A stretch of DNA of 64,000 nucleotides, from the NCBI GenBank assembly GCA_039799905.1, contig JBDLRP010000041.1, forward strand, positions 1-64,000. The letters are read 5' to 3'. Source of the stretch: Pseudomonadota bacterium. GTDB taxonomy: Bacteria > Bdellovibrionota_B > Oligoflexia > Silvanigrellales > Silvanigrellaceae. The notes under the pieces are model-generated. The model was given only the letters and a program-made list of their open reading frames with translations. It made no database searches and was not told the DNA's origin. Made by a program: the position numbers and the translations under genes. Shown piece after piece: positions 50,097 through 60,200 of the stretch. Numbering within the stretch: the first letter of the stretch is position 1; the number at the start of each line of letters is the position of its first letter.

Positions 50097-50582
50097 GTGG
50101 AGCGTCATGCACGAAAAACAGCGGAAGAAGGTCGTTACCTGAGCTTTCAACTCGCAAGTGAAACTTATGCTGTGCCAATTAAAACCGTTTCGGAAATCAT
50201 TGGACTGAGCGACATCACTCACGTACCAAACTTGCCGGATTATATGCGCGGTATCATTAACCTGCGCGGCAAGGTTCTGCCTGTCATGGACCTGAGGCGG
50301 AAGTTTTCACTGGCTTCAACACAATACACGCGCGAAACATGTATCATTATAGTGGATATCTGGATGCGAAAAGTCGGACTTATTGTCGACACTGTGCGCG
50401 AGGTTCTAGATTTCAAGTCGACGAACATCGAACCTGCACCGGATATCGGCGGCCCCAGCCACACTCATTGCCTGATTGGGATTGGCAAACTTCCAGATAG
50501 AGTTGTCATTTTGGTTGAACCCAGTCTTATTCTGTCGGCCGAGGAACTGACGGGCTCCGTCTCGTTCGCTTCGGTGGCCTGA
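50097..50582 (+). CDS. cheW: CheW (divergent from cheR)
   Basis: YLSFQL, VSEII, GIINLRGKVLPVMDLR and GLIVD. GTG start with GGAGG. Confidence 0.93.
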   Translation: MERHARKTAEEGRYLSFQLASETYAVPIKTVSEIIGLSDITHVPNLPDYMRGIINLRGKVLPVMDLRRKFSLASTQYTRETCIIIVDIWMRKVGLIVDTVREVLDFKSTNIEPAPDIGGPSHTHCLIGIGKLPDRVVILVEPSLILSAEELTGSVSFASVA

Positions 50583-50585
50583 GGA

Positions 50586-51239
50586 TCAGAACTGGCTTAA
50601 AAAAAGGATTCCAAGTCCAAAGAAGCCTGTCACGTCGTTGTTCCATGCCAGCTCGCCATTTCTTCGCAGTGAAAATCTTCGGAACGTCGCTCCGCCCTCG
50701 ATGAAAATTCCAGAGGGAAGAACGATCTGCAACCGTGACTGCGCAGGAAATGCGGAGTACATCGCGTAATTTTGAGCATTGTGCCGCAGATAGACAACCG
50801 ACATGCCGCCGGCAAAACAAGGCCGAACTCTCGAATACACAAAGAAGCAGGCACTATAAAGAAACGCCGGCTCCAGCATTTGATAAGGCGCCTTTGCGAT
50901 CAGCGGGAATTTGAGATCCGAACTCTTGAGAGTGTAGAAGGCTGAATGACTCACGGATATCACGTTGGACAATTCGAGACCAGACTTGCCCACGTTGGTG
51001 TAAAAGGCATGAGAGAAACCGAGTGTATAGGTCGGATATCGCGTATCACGCGACAACGTCCCCTTGTTGTTTGAGGTTCCGCCGCGCTGAAAAACCGCCA
51101 TATCTCCTTCGGAGGCAAGTGACCGCAGAGGACAACCGAGAGAACAACAGAGTGCAAAAACACTCGACGACAACCGGAAAAATCCAGTTGAAGCAGTATT
51201 TAAGCGACTGTCAATCTCAGTTCGTAGTTCCGAAATCAA
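50586..51239 (-). CDS. Probable small outer-membrane beta-barrel protein
   Basis: Aromatic-rich alternating strands and a C-terminal Phe. The start is uncertain. Confidence 0.5.
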   Translation of the reverse strand: MISELRTEIDSRLNTASTGFFRLSSSVFALCCSLGCPLRSLASEGDMAVFQRGGTSNNKGTLSRDTRYPTYTLGFSHAFYTNVGKSGLELSNVISVSHSAFYTLKSSDLKFPLIAKAPYQMLEPAFLYSACFFVYSRVRPCFAGGMSVVYLRHNAQNYAMYSAFPAQSRLQIVLPSGIFIEGGATFRRFSLRRNGELAWNNDVTGFFGLGILFLSQF

Positions 51240-51358
51240 GCTCTAGCCTCCTGTAGGACGTTTCGGAACTCGCTGGCGGCAGCTGAGCAGGCGTCCGAAT
51301 AATGACGCCCGGCTCAATAAAATACCCAACAAAAATGACAGTAAATTGCCGCAATCAA

Positions 51359-51386
51359 TCAAACTTTCGCACTTTAAATCCGAAAA
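51359..51386 (+). promoter_or_regulatory. sigma28-type promoter
   Basis: TCAAA-N15-TCCGAAAA upstream of 51414. Confidence 0.55.
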
Positions 51387-51413
51387 GTACCACATGGGGG
51401 ATGAGTAAACTTT

Positions 51414-54400
51414 ATGTCCTGCAGGTGGGAAGACAAACGACTGGCAGCACTGCTGCTTATGCTTTTTTGCATGGGCGGCTGTTATCGTGCCGCGCCGCCG
51501 CTGGAAGAAGATGAAATTGTCATAGAAGAAAACACCGCAATCACGGACGGCTCGGCTCCACAAATTACTCCACAGCCATCGGCGACCAATCCCGCCGGCA
51601 GCCGCAGTCAGACTCCACCCAGCGTGGCAGCAACACCGACTCCCACGCCTGTCCCGACTCCGCAGCGTCCGAACAATTTGCCACTGATAATGCAGATTGC
51701 GGATCAAACCGCCAACGAAGATTCACAAATCGAACCAATTAGCTTTCGAATCTTCGACTTTGATGACGCAGTTCAGTGTCAGGACATTGTTCCTTCGAGC
51801 AGCGACCTGAATGCCGTTGAGACAAGCGTCACAGTGACGGCAGCAGCAGGCACTCGCACCTATGCGGATGTGTCCATCACAGGAGGACAAAGCACAGAGT
51901 GCGGCATCACCATAAAAACCAAATATGCGCGGGTCACACCTGCAACTTTGACTTTGACCTTGAAGGATCCGAGCGACCTGAATCAGGAGTCCAAATCTAG
52001 CTTCAAGGTGACAGTGAACTCAACCAACACGGCGCCGTTTGTGAAGGAAGCCGGGAATTCCTCGGGGACTCTCGACGAGGACTCCAACGGCACGGAGATT
52101 CAACTTGCAAAATTTGACGACGGCACAAAACGTGTCGGGCATACCCTGAGTCTAGTCGAAACTTCCTCGCCAACGCTGGGCACACTTGTCTGGCCGTCAG
52201 GATTTCCGAATAACAATGGTAGCGTTTATTACAAGCCTCTTCCAGACAAAAACGGAATCGATTCTTTTTCTTACAAAGTTTGTGACAATGACCCAGGTAT
52301 AGCCAAATGCACAGACCCTCAAACAATTGTAGTCAACGTGCAGGCAAAAAACGATCCTCCTACGATGAATCCTATCGCCGACCAAACGACGAGTGAGGCC
52401 ACCGCAAAGACAATTGAATTTCTTGTTGATGACAAAGATGGCCCACTGACGTGCGTCGAAGGAAACTTGAATTATACCGTCATCACGGAAGCCGGTGACA
52501 CTTCCGGTCTTGTGGCCGCCACGGGAGCAGTCGTTTGGGGTGGAACATGGCCGCTTTGCACTGGCACTCTTACCCCAGAAGCGCTCAAAAGCGGAACAAC
52601 CCACATCCGATTCTCAATCAACGACGGCAGTCTGCTTTCCAGCGCCAGCCGCACTTTCAAACTCACTGTGACGGGAGTCAACCATCCGCCTGAAATTCTG
52701 ACTTCAATTCCATCGCAGAGCGTGAACGAAGATTCTTCAGTCTCGGTCAATTTTCAGGTCAAAGACATCAACGAACCCGCCGGCGGGCATACCGATTACG
52801 CCTGCACGAGTGCACGTCTCTCATACGAAAGCGGGAACACAAGTCTCGTCGCGGCAAACGGACGTGTGAGCTGGAGCGGAACGTGGCCCAATTGCGTCGG
52901 AACTATTTCACCAAACACCAATGCCAACGGCACGGTCAATATTACCTTTGTGGTGACTGATCCTGAGGGTGGTGGTGGAGCCGGACAAGCAGGTCCGCAC
53001 AAAAAAACCTTTCAATTGACTATCAATGCGGTGAACGATTCTCCAACCGGCACCGTTGTGTGTGACTACTCTGAAAAGAATAATTCACAAATTTTAACAG
53101 TCGTTCAGTCAACAAGTCAGTCAAACATCGTCCTTGCGAACCGCTCGGGCACATGGACAGTCACGTGTTCAGGAGCGTCCGATGTCGACAACGAAACGCT
53201 CTCCTATACATTGAATCGGGAGGCCGGCTCACCCTTCAACAACTCCGCAGGCTTTTCGTGTCCGGCGACGCTCAATGTAGCCAACCTATCGCAGGCGTTT
53301 TCAACCACCTCATATGGCACGTGCAGGTATAAAGCACGCGCCTGCGACGCTGCAGTAAGTTGCACCGCCGACACGACAAAATTCATCGAAATCACGAGCT
53401 TTCAACTCGACCTATCGACGATGACAAAACCACAATTGGATTCGAGTTGCTCGATTTCGTCGACAGTCAATTATTCAATCTCACAGAACATCGCATCATT
53501 TGTTTACAGAGCAAAAACCGGACTGAACACAAACACCTTTGAGGTCAATAACACCACAAAATCCGTCAATGCCAGTACCGACAGCATCACGTTCAACGGG
53601 ACCCTGCAAGCAACTCATCTTATCGCAAGCCCACCCCTCCGAGACACGGCTGCGACTGCAACAACCGCCACTCTTGAAGTGACGAGCGGAAGTTTCATCG
53701 CAGGTACACAAGGTGGCGCCGGAACAGGCAACACTATTTCAAACACAAAAAGCTTCGCCTATTCTATCGAGCGGAAGCTTGAAAAACTCGCATTAAAGAG
53801 CGCAGGTGCCTTTACACCGGAGGGTGTTGGAGTTGACGGCCTTCAAGTTGAGTACGTTACGACTCCATCGGTGTGCAGACGATGTACCTCACAGACATAT
53901 GGTTCAATTTCTGCAGGAGCATTGCACAGCTGCTTGACAGACAACGGGTTGAGCAAGTGCTGGGGTAGCAATCAAGAAAAACAATTAGGACTGGCGAACT
54001 CGCTGGGTTCGGGCACTTTCACATTTCCACAAACGTCATCGACTCAATCTGCAACTACAAGCACATCAGGGTTTACCTTGCAGCAGTTGGCGGCCGGATC
54101 CAATTTCACATGCGCGCTGGGCGTCAACGCGACGAACTCTTCTGAAATTCGCTGCGTCGGCAATAATGCACAGGGCCAGCTTGGCATCGCGGCCGCGCAG
54201 TCTGCATTCACCGGCAAAGTTGCATTGCCCTCTGGTCACACACCGGTTGGAATCGCCGCAAGCAAAACAGGATCGCATGCGTGTGCGCTTGTCAATCAAG
54301 ATTCACCTGCGTTGAGTGGGAAGATTTTCTGCTGGGGAAACAACGAATTTGGACAGCTCGGAAACGGCAGCACTACAGCAGTGAGTGCAGGTACACTCGT

Positions 54401-55193
54401 TTCCGTTGCAACCGGTGATTTTGAAACTTCAAATCAAAAATCATTTTCTCTCGCAGTGGGTAAGTCACACACCTGTTCTGCACAACTTCTCTCCAATGGC
54501 AGTTCGCAGGCCTATTGCTGGGGCAAAAATTCAAACGGACAGCTGGGTCTGGGGGATACCTTAGACAGCCCCGTTCCGCAGTCGCTTTCATTTAATGACG
54601 ACATCATTCAAGTCGCTGCAGGAGAAAACCATTCCTGTGCTCTGAGTGAGACGGGTGAAGTATACTGCTGGGGAGACAACTCCGTCGGCCAATTAGGCAT
54701 CGCTTCTACAGCCTCGCAAACCAGTCCGGTGAAACTCACTGCGTTGACTGACATCGTGCAGATTACAACCGGTGCAAACCATACATGTGCGCTAAACAAA
54801 GATTATCAGGTTTACTGCTGGGGTCTTGGAACCTCGGGACAACTGGGTGTGGGCAAGGTCACCACGAGCGACCAGTCGGCAGACGAAGATTGCAACTCTG
54901 GCGTGGGAATTGCCAATATTACCTTCTGCAAGAAGTCACCCGCATTCATCGATCCTGCTCCTTCAACAACTCCTGTGAGTATTTCAGCTGGGGAAAATCA
55001 CACCTGCATGATGACGGTAGAGGGCAATGCCTACTGCTGGGGAGCCAATGCATCCGGCCAGCTGGGGACGGCAAATAGAAGTCAAGTCTCGAGTCCCTCG
55101 CCTGTTTGCAGTTCAACAACACAATGCAATAATTCCGGACAACTCACATCACCCCGCCCACGCATGTGCAGCCGCTATGCGATTCCTCCCTGA
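51414..55193 (+). CDS. Large surface lipoprotein: Pro/Thr linker, cadherin-like/Ig repeats and C-terminal RCC1 propeller
   Basis: MGGC lipobox, repeated N[DH]xP...NED modules and multiple 'AG-x-H[ST]C...YCWG-N-x-GQLG' repeats. Confidence 0.88.
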   Translation: MSCRWEDKRLAALLLMLFCMGGCYRAAPPLEEDEIVIEENTAITDGSAPQITPQPSATNPAGSRSQTPPSVAATPTPTPVPTPQRPNNLPLIMQIADQTANEDSQIEPISFRIFDFDDAVQCQDIVPSSSDLNAVETSVTVTAAAGTRTYADVSITGGQSTECGITIKTKYARVTPATLTLTLKDPSDLNQESKSSFKVTVNSTNTAPFVKEAGNSSGTLDEDSNGTEIQLAKFDDGTKRVGHTLSLVETSSPTLGTLVWPSGFPNNNGSVYYKPLPDKNGIDSFSYKVCDNDPGIAKCTDPQTIVVNVQAKNDPPTMNPIADQTTSEATAKTIEFLVDDKDGPLTCVEGNLNYTVITEAGDTSGLVAATGAVVWGGTWPLCTGTLTPEALKSGTTHIRFSINDGSLLSSASRTFKLTVTGVNHPPEILTSIPSQSVNEDSSVSVNFQVKDINEPAGGHTDYACTSARLSYESGNTSLVAANGRVSWSGTWPNCVGTISPNTNANGTVNITFVVTDPEGGGGAGQAGPHKKTFQLTINAVNDSPTGTVVCDYSEKNNSQILTVVQSTSQSNIVLANRSGTWTVTCSGASDVDNETLSYTLNREAGSPFNNSAGFSCPATLNVANLSQAFSTTSYGTCRYKARACDAAVSCTADTTKFIEITSFQLDLSTMTKPQLDSSCSISSTVNYSISQNIASFVYRAKTGLNTNTFEVNNTTKSVNASTDSITFNGTLQATHLIASPPLRDTAATATTATLEVTSGSFIAGTQGGAGTGNTISNTKSFAYSIERKLEKLALKSAGAFTPEGVGVDGLQVEYVTTPSVCRRCTSQTYGSISAGALHSCLTDNGLSKCWGSNQEKQLGLANSLGSGTFTFPQTSSTQSATTSTSGFTLQQLAAGSNFTCALGVNATNSSEIRCVGNNAQGQLGIAAAQSAFTGKVALPSGHTPVGIAASKTGSHACALVNQDSPALSGKIFCWGNNEFGQLGNGSTTAVSAGTLVSVATGDFETSNQKSFSLAVGKSHTCSAQLLSNGSSQAYCWGKNSNGQLGLGDTLDSPVPQSLSFNDDIIQVAAGENHSCALSETGEVYCWGDNSVGQLGIASTASQTSPVKLTALTDIVQITTGANHTCALNKDYQVYCWGLGTSGQLGVGKVTTSDQSADEDCNSGVGIANITFCKKSPAFIDPAPSTTPVSISAGENHTCMMTVEGNAYCWGANASGQLGTANRSQVSSPSPVCSSTTQCNNSGQLTSPRPRMCSRYAIPP

Positions 55194-55256
55194 CCAGTGA
55201 ACCGCGCTCAATCGCGACAGTGCGGATTGCTGCAGACAACTCTTTTGTCATGAGCG

Positions 55257-55285
55257 TTGTGACCTTCACAGACCTCGGCTAGAAT
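55257..55285 (+). promoter_or_regulatory. sigma70 promoter of gal operon with overlapping palindrome
   Basis: TTGTGA-N17-TAGAAT, with TGTGA-cct-TCACA at 55258-55270. Confidence 0.55.
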
Positions 55286-55314
55286 GCCTCTCCTGACAAA
55301 GGAGATAAGAGGTC

Positions 55315-56409
55315 ATGCTGCACAAATTTGAATGGCGTAAGCCGGACGGACGTCTGTGGGTTCAGTACAGCCGCACTCCTTTTCCGTCCGACTTCAAGCC
55401 GACGGACAACGGTCTGAGCAGACCAGAGACTTGGACCGCGCCGCAACTCCGCTGGAATTCCATGCGCGGCGAGTTTGTCAGCATCTCGGCAAGCCGCCAG
55501 GACAGGCCTTTTCTGCCGCCGCGAGAATATTGCCCGCTGTGTCCTGCCAAGGAACAGCCGGATGGAAAAACTTTTGCCACCGAAGTTCCTCAGTCAGCGC
55601 AATTGTATTCATGGGCCGTTTTTGAAAACATGTTTCCCGGCCTTTCGCAGACCGAACATCAACACACGGGTCGCTGCGAAGTCGTGCTCTATTCACCGAA
55701 TCATGATTCAACACTGGCACAGGAATCGCTCGCACAAATCGAAGGCCTCATTGCCGTCTGGCAGGATCGCTGTTCAGAGATTGCCAAAGATGAGAAAATT
55801 GAATTCATTTTCCCGTTCGAAAACAAGGGGACTGAAATCGGCGTAACGCTCCACCATCCGCACGGCCAGATCTACTCCTTCAATCACGTACCGCCATTCG
55901 TGCTCGCTGAACACAAAATGGCTGAAGAGCATCACAACCGCACCGGTGAATGTCTGATTTGCTCGATGAGCAATGAGGAAATCAGAGACAGCCGACGCAT
56001 TGTGTTTTCGACCGAGACAATCATTGCGTACGTCCCCTTTGCGGCGAGATATCCTTACGAAGTCCACATCACCAGCCGCGCCCACCGCCCGCTGCTGCAA
56101 CAGCTGACATCCGCCGAACGGCGCGATCTGGCGCTGACCCTGAAGACTGTCCTGCTCAAATATGACAAACTTTTTTCACGGCCGATGCCCTACATCATGG
56201 CGCATCATCAGGCCCGCGCCCGTGACCACCAATGTCCCTCGTACCATTGGCACATCGAACTCTATCCGCCCTATCGGAGTGCGCAGAAACTGAAATATCT
56301 CGCAGGGGTCGAAAGCGGCACTGGCTTCTTCATCAACGACACCTTTCCCGAAGAAAAAGCCGATGAGCTCAGACGCATTGAGGTGGATGTAGGTTCGTTC
56401 AACGAATGA
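55315..56409 (+). CDS. galT: Galactose-1-phosphate uridylyltransferase
   Basis: RQDRP, CPLCP, FENKG...HPHGQIY and KYLAGVE. Confidence 0.95.
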   Translation: MLHKFEWRKPDGRLWVQYSRTPFPSDFKPTDNGLSRPETWTAPQLRWNSMRGEFVSISASRQDRPFLPPREYCPLCPAKEQPDGKTFATEVPQSAQLYSWAVFENMFPGLSQTEHQHTGRCEVVLYSPNHDSTLAQESLAQIEGLIAVWQDRCSEIAKDEKIEFIFPFENKGTEIGVTLHHPHGQIYSFNHVPPFVLAEHKMAEEHHNRTGECLICSMSNEEIRDSRRIVFSTETIIAYVPFAARYPYEVHITSRAHRPLLQQLTSAERRDLALTLKTVLLKYDKLFSRPMPYIMAHHQARARDHQCPSYHWHIELYPPYRSAQKLKYLAGVESGTGFFINDTFPEEKADELRRIEVDVGSFNE

Positions 56410-56421
56410 GCCGGCACGCTT

Positions 56422-57837
56422 TTGAATCAACAAAAGGAAGACTCTGAAATGGAAATCATCCAAGGCGTTCATCCGCTCCCGCTTGATTCAGGAACCGTCG
56501 TGCAGCATCTGGTCAGCTTCACGCCGGGAAGAGTCAACCTCATCGGTGAACACACAGATTACAACGGCGGCATGGTTATGCCCGCAGCCCTGAATCTTGG
56601 TGTCCGTGCCGAACTCAAATTATTGAGTGCACAAAGCGGATCCGTCTTTGTTGCCTCGCGCAGCACGAACGAGACACTTTCAATTTCGGCAGAAGAAATA
56701 GCGCTCATCGCCCATCAGCTTCTGGAAACGGGAATCGAACGGAGTGAAGAAGTTGCTCTCACCAGCCCGAAAGGACACAGTTGGGCCCGCTACGTGATCG
56801 GCTGCTTTGCCCTTTTTGAGGCTGCGCTGAGAAGCCGGCAAATTTCAAATATGCCTTGGCAAAGTCACTGCCTAAGCATCATTTTGGAATCGACCCTTCC
56901 ACAGGGAGCGGGCCTGAGCAGCTCGGCGGCATTGTGCATTTCGCTGCTGGGCCAGCTCAACACCCTGAGCGGTGTCCCGCTCGACGCCTCTGCTCTTGCG
57001 CGTCTGGCCATGTATACAGAGCACCGATTCGCCGGAACGAAGTGCGGTCTGATGGACCAGCTGGCAGTGCTCTGCTCCCGCGCCGATCATTTCACCCGAG
57101 TTGATTTTTTAGAATTTCCTGTCGGAAAAAACTTTCATATTTCCTATGCCAAAGCCCATGAAGCGTTTCATAATCATGCACTGGTCATCTTCAAAACTGG
57201 TGTCAGCCATTCACTCGCAGAAAGCGCCTACAACGAAAGGCGTGCATCCTGTGAAAGATCATTGCGCGCCCTGAACAAAGCACTGGGACTCGGAGCGCAT
57301 TCATTAGGTGAATTGTCGCGACTGCCGCGCTTTCAAAACATTGAAACAGACGATGAATATCTGAACCATCTGCGCAACCTGCTGGCTGGAGAAAACGACT
57401 GCGAACTTCTCGCCAGAAGGGCCTGTCATGCGATGCGGGAGAACTCACGCGTAATTCAGGCCGCACGTGCACTGGCGGCCGGCGACCTGCAGGCCCTCAA
57501 CGCTGCAATGCGGGCCAGTCACAAGTCGCTCGACACTCTTTATGAAGTCAGCTGTGCGGAACTCAACACCGCCTGCTCGGCGGTTGAAACCGTGGTGCGC
57601 GAACTGTGCACCACCCGTCCAGCACTGGCTCTGGATGCATTGATTGGCCCACGCATGACCGGCGGCGGTTTTGGCGGCTCGACAGTTCAGCTCGTGCATC
57701 GGAGTTTGTGTGATGCTCTCGTTGACCGCTTCGCCAATCAGGCAAACCCATACACAGAAGCAACGGGCATCATCCCGCAAATCTTTGTCTGCCAGCCTTC
57801 GGGCGGCTTCAGCGCGGGTTTTGAAACAATCGAATAA
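56422..57837 (+). CDS. galK: Galactokinase
   Basis: PGRVNLIGEHTDY, GAGLSSSA, CGLMDQ and RMTGGGFGG. The start may be 56449. Confidence 0.95.
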   Translation: MNQQKEDSEMEIIQGVHPLPLDSGTVVQHLVSFTPGRVNLIGEHTDYNGGMVMPAALNLGVRAELKLLSAQSGSVFVASRSTNETLSISAEEIALIAHQLLETGIERSEEVALTSPKGHSWARYVIGCFALFEAALRSRQISNMPWQSHCLSIILESTLPQGAGLSSSAALCISLLGQLNTLSGVPLDASALARLAMYTEHRFAGTKCGLMDQLAVLCSRADHFTRVDFLEFPVGKNFHISYAKAHEAFHNHALVIFKTGVSHSLAESAYNERRASCERSLRALNKALGLGAHSLGELSRLPRFQNIETDDEYLNHLRNLLAGENDCELLARRACHAMRENSRVIQAARALAAGDLQALNAAMRASHKSLDTLYEVSCAELNTACSAVETVVRELCTTRPALALDALIGPRMTGGGFGGSTVQLVHRSLCDALVDRFANQANPYTEATGIIPQIFVCQPSGGFSAGFETIE

Positions 57838-57869
57838 AAATTCAAACACCATCATTCAGGGAACGAATC

Positions 57870-60023
57870 ATGGCCAACACGCATCAGACACTTTTTAAAT
57901 TGGGCGCAGCTTATTACCCCGATTACATTTCCAACAAACCAACGCTCACCCGCAGGGTCTCAACGGGAAAGCTTGAATGGTTGTCAACAAAGGAACGCCT
58001 GCAGGAAGATTTTAAACGGATGGTGCATCAGCGGATACACACAATCCGGATGGGAGAATTCAGCTGGGCGACCGTCGAGCCGACCAGGGGATCTTGGAAT
58101 CCTGACGCCTTTCTGCAGGCACTCGATCTGGCGAAAGCCAATTCCATCGAAGTTATTTTTTGCACCCCGACGGCGACTCCCCCAAAATGGCTGATTGATG
58201 CGCATCCGGATATCCTGCCCGTCACCCGCACCGGCCAGCGCATTCCATTCGGATCACGCCGCCACTATGATTTTCATCATCCTGTCTATCAGGCAGAAAG
58301 CCGCCGCATCAGTCAGTTGTACGCCGAAGCGTTCGGCAAGCACCCTGCGGTGACATCGTGGCAAACCGACAACGAATTCGGCTGCCACAACTCGGTGTTC
58401 CTTTACACAGAGCACGCGCGCACTGCCTTCAGGCAATGGCTCAAGACGAAATACCAAAACGAAATTGAAGTTCTCAATGACGAGTGGTTCACCTGTTTTT
58501 GGTCTCAGCATTACCGCAGCTTCGACGAAATAGAACTTCCCTTGGCTTCTTGGGCAGATCAAAACCCGCATCTTGAACTTGATTTTAGACGTTTCAGCAA
58601 CGAAGCACTGTGCAATTTTCAAAAAGACCAGATCGACATCATCCGCAGGCACAGCCCACAACGACCCATCACACACAATCTTATGACCCTGTTCACAGAT
58701 CTCTGCCCGTGGCAGGCTTCAAAGGATCTCGATTACGTCGGGTTCGATCACTACCAGATGGAAACAGAACCGCACCCCGTAACATCTGCATGGCAATTTG
58801 CGCTGATGCGCTCCACACGGCAAAAACACTTTACAATTCTCGAGCAGCAGCCGCTGCAGGTGAATTGGCAGCCGACCAACCGGCGTTTCGCATTCGACTG
58901 GTTGTTTTTGTGGGGCATGCAATCCGCCTTTCAAGGCTCAGACGGTATGCTCTATTTCAGCTGGCAGCGCATGCCAGGTGGCTGCGAACAGTACCACGAC
59001 GGCGTTGTGCCGCATGATGTACGGATTGAAACCTCGCAACAGGAAAAACTCATAACCGCGAAAAACGAAATTTTTTCTGCAATTGCAAAAAAATTCTCCC
59101 TCAAGGAAAAACTCCCGCTGCCAGCCCGTGACGTATTGTGCATATACGATTCCGAAAGTCTCTGGAGTCACGAAATCACGTCGCAGAGCGTCACCTACTC
59201 AACCCGCAAACAAATCGACCACATCACGCAATTCTGTCTGCGCCATTCGTTCGGACTTTGGTTCGCACCCGAGCTCGCGGGTGAAAAGAAGAGGATTTCG
59301 GATTACAAACTCATCATCCTGCCCGGACACGCGTTTGAACTCAGCTCTGAAGACAGAGAGATTCTAAAAAAATTCCGCGAAAGCGGCGGACGCGTGCTGA
59401 GCCTGCCGCGCACCGGATACAAAAGCCGCAACAACAAACTAAGCCCCCTGCCCGCCGTGTTTTACTCGGAGAACGACTTTTATCTGGAAGATTATGGCGC
59501 GCTGCTGGAAAGCGAACGTGAAACCTGTGAATTCCATGCAGCTCTCAGCGGGCATACGATTGAAGGACACCTGTGGGCGGAGAAAATCAAGATACTCAAT
59601 CCGCAATGGCACGCCGAAGCAGTCTTTCCAGCAAAATCGATTTATGCCGGCGCCCCTGCAGTCCTCAAACTTAAGGAAACCCATGAGCATGGCTGTCACG
59701 TTCATTTGGCTACTTGCCCGATTCCCGACAAGGAATCATTGAATGTGCTTCGTCAAACTCTCGAGCTCAGAGCACCCGCAAAAGCGCAGTCTGCTGATTT
59801 GCAATTGCAAATTCTAACCGCGGACGGGAAAAAGTATCTTTCGGGTGTTCACTTCGGAGTGAATGAGACTACCATTCAGCTCGACGAAGGTCTGCATATC
59901 AAGGACTCCCTGACGTTCAGTTTGTCGTCTGAACTTGAGGCAGTCATCGGCGCATCAGATTGCGCCCCAGATGGCGCATTGAAACTCCCCCCGCGCAGCG
60001 CGTTTCTGGCCGAGCTCGAATAA
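57870..60023 (+). CDS. GH42 beta-galactosidase
   Basis: AYYP, MGEFSW, TPTATPPKWL, WQTDNE (acid/base), LEQQ (nucleophile) and EQYH. Confidence 0.92.
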   Translation: MANTHQTLFKLGAAYYPDYISNKPTLTRRVSTGKLEWLSTKERLQEDFKRMVHQRIHTIRMGEFSWATVEPTRGSWNPDAFLQALDLAKANSIEVIFCTPTATPPKWLIDAHPDILPVTRTGQRIPFGSRRHYDFHHPVYQAESRRISQLYAEAFGKHPAVTSWQTDNEFGCHNSVFLYTEHARTAFRQWLKTKYQNEIEVLNDEWFTCFWSQHYRSFDEIELPLASWADQNPHLELDFRRFSNEALCNFQKDQIDIIRRHSPQRPITHNLMTLFTDLCPWQASKDLDYVGFDHYQMETEPHPVTSAWQFALMRSTRQKHFTILEQQPLQVNWQPTNRRFAFDWLFLWGMQSAFQGSDGMLYFSWQRMPGGCEQYHDGVVPHDVRIETSQQEKLITAKNEIFSAIAKKFSLKEKLPLPARDVLCIYDSESLWSHEITSQSVTYSTRKQIDHITQFCLRHSFGLWFAPELAGEKKRISDYKLIILPGHAFELSSEDREILKKFRESGGRVLSLPRTGYKSRNNKLSPLPAVFYSENDFYLEDYGALLESERETCEFHAALSGHTIEGHLWAEKIKILNPQWHAEAVFPAKSIYAGAPAVLKLKETHEHGCHVHLATCPIPDKESLNVLRQTLELRAPAKAQSADLQLQILTADGKKYLSGVHFGVNETTIQLDEGLHIKDSLTFSLSSELEAVIGASDCAPDGALKLPPRSAFLAELE

Positions 60024-60200
60024 ATTTAGCTGGCAAGCATTGTCGCAGCATCTGGGTTAAAAATGTGCAGATTTTCGTTTTATTCCATTTGACAAATACT
60101 GTAAGCATGCATTTTTTATGTACTTTATTTTAATCCTCAAGTGCAGAAAAGAAAATGCCGTTAAGCCTCATGAACGCGATTCAGCGTGACGGAGGTTCCC

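Noticed and set aside
55258..55270. CRP-binding site
   Set aside because: Half-sites are spaced by 3 bp, not 6; kept only as a generic palindrome.
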